Origin: Octopus vulgaris
Taxonomy: Eukaryota
Assembly (NCBI GenBank): GCA_951406725.2
Contig: OX597833.1
Location: forward strand, 28,458,001 to 28,522,000
Reading direction: 5' to 3'
DNA length: 64,000 nt
Of this stretch, positions 63,430 through 64,000 are shown piece by piece. The notes under the pieces were generated by a model. It did no database searches. It was given only the letters and a program-made list of their open reading frames with translations, and was not told the origin of the DNA. Position 1 is the stretch's first letter, and every line of letters begins with the position of its first letter. Both the position numbers and the translations under genes were made by a program.

Positions 63430-64000
63430 TGTGTGTATAAGCCAATGAAGGAGACCTCCACATGGTAGGTAGACGTAGCTAGACCTGGTAGAAATAGTAG
63501 CCAAATCTCCCTCAAAACACCATACTGTCTTAATCTGACAATCCTGCCTATTGTGTAGTTTTAATGATAAACTGTAACTAAAGAATAAGATTATTAACCC
63601 CAACATTTTAAGCGTTTAAATAGCAATAAAATTTTTTTCTCTTTTTTTGTTTAATTAAAATGGTTGACCTTTAACTCGTTTTTCATAGAGAGCAAAGAAG
63701 AGAGACAGCATAGCGATGGTTTTGGCTGATTGTCATCCTGTACTCCCCTTGTTGCTAGCGAAATGGCATGTGCCGGCTGTCTGAGCAACTGGTTGCTTTT
63801 TAATGGCAGAACAAACAGGACAAAAAGATTACAAAAATAGCGATTTGAAGTTAACAATTCGAAAATCTCATGTATCCATGCTTAAAATTTCAGCATGATC
63901 GGATGAATAATGCTTGAGTTATAAGTGCACAGACAGACAGAACAGAATTTATATATATATATCATCATCATCATCATTTAGCATCCGTTTTCCATGCTAG

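Overview
This is AT-rich, repeat-dense eukaryotic DNA. The SINEs, (TA)n/(CA)n/(GAT)n microsatellites and RTE LINEs resemble octopus/coleoid cephalopod repeats; that taxon is inferred, not proven. One host gene is present on the minus strand: a TMEM145-like (GPR180/TMEM145 family) multi-pass membrane protein. I reconstructed 11 GT-AG exons between 36779 and 6834 with compatible phases (1404 nt, 468 codons, no stop). The first coding exon and the stop-codon exon were not confidently located. The rest is decayed mobile DNA: Helitrons (two with PIF1-helicase remnants), mariner/Tc1, piggyBac, Chapaev3-like, hAT-like, RTE, CR1/L2 and RLE-type LINE fragments, SINEs, fold-back MITEs and tandem arrays. 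The most notable unexplained structures are two long fold-back elements embedded in (TA)n (38567-39029 and 53483-54180). Each carries a type-I hammerhead ribozyme motif in both arms, so one copy lies on each strand. A third, decayed hammerhead motif sits beside a Penelope-like remnant at about 59.2 kb. All calls were made by eye, without database searches or folding software.
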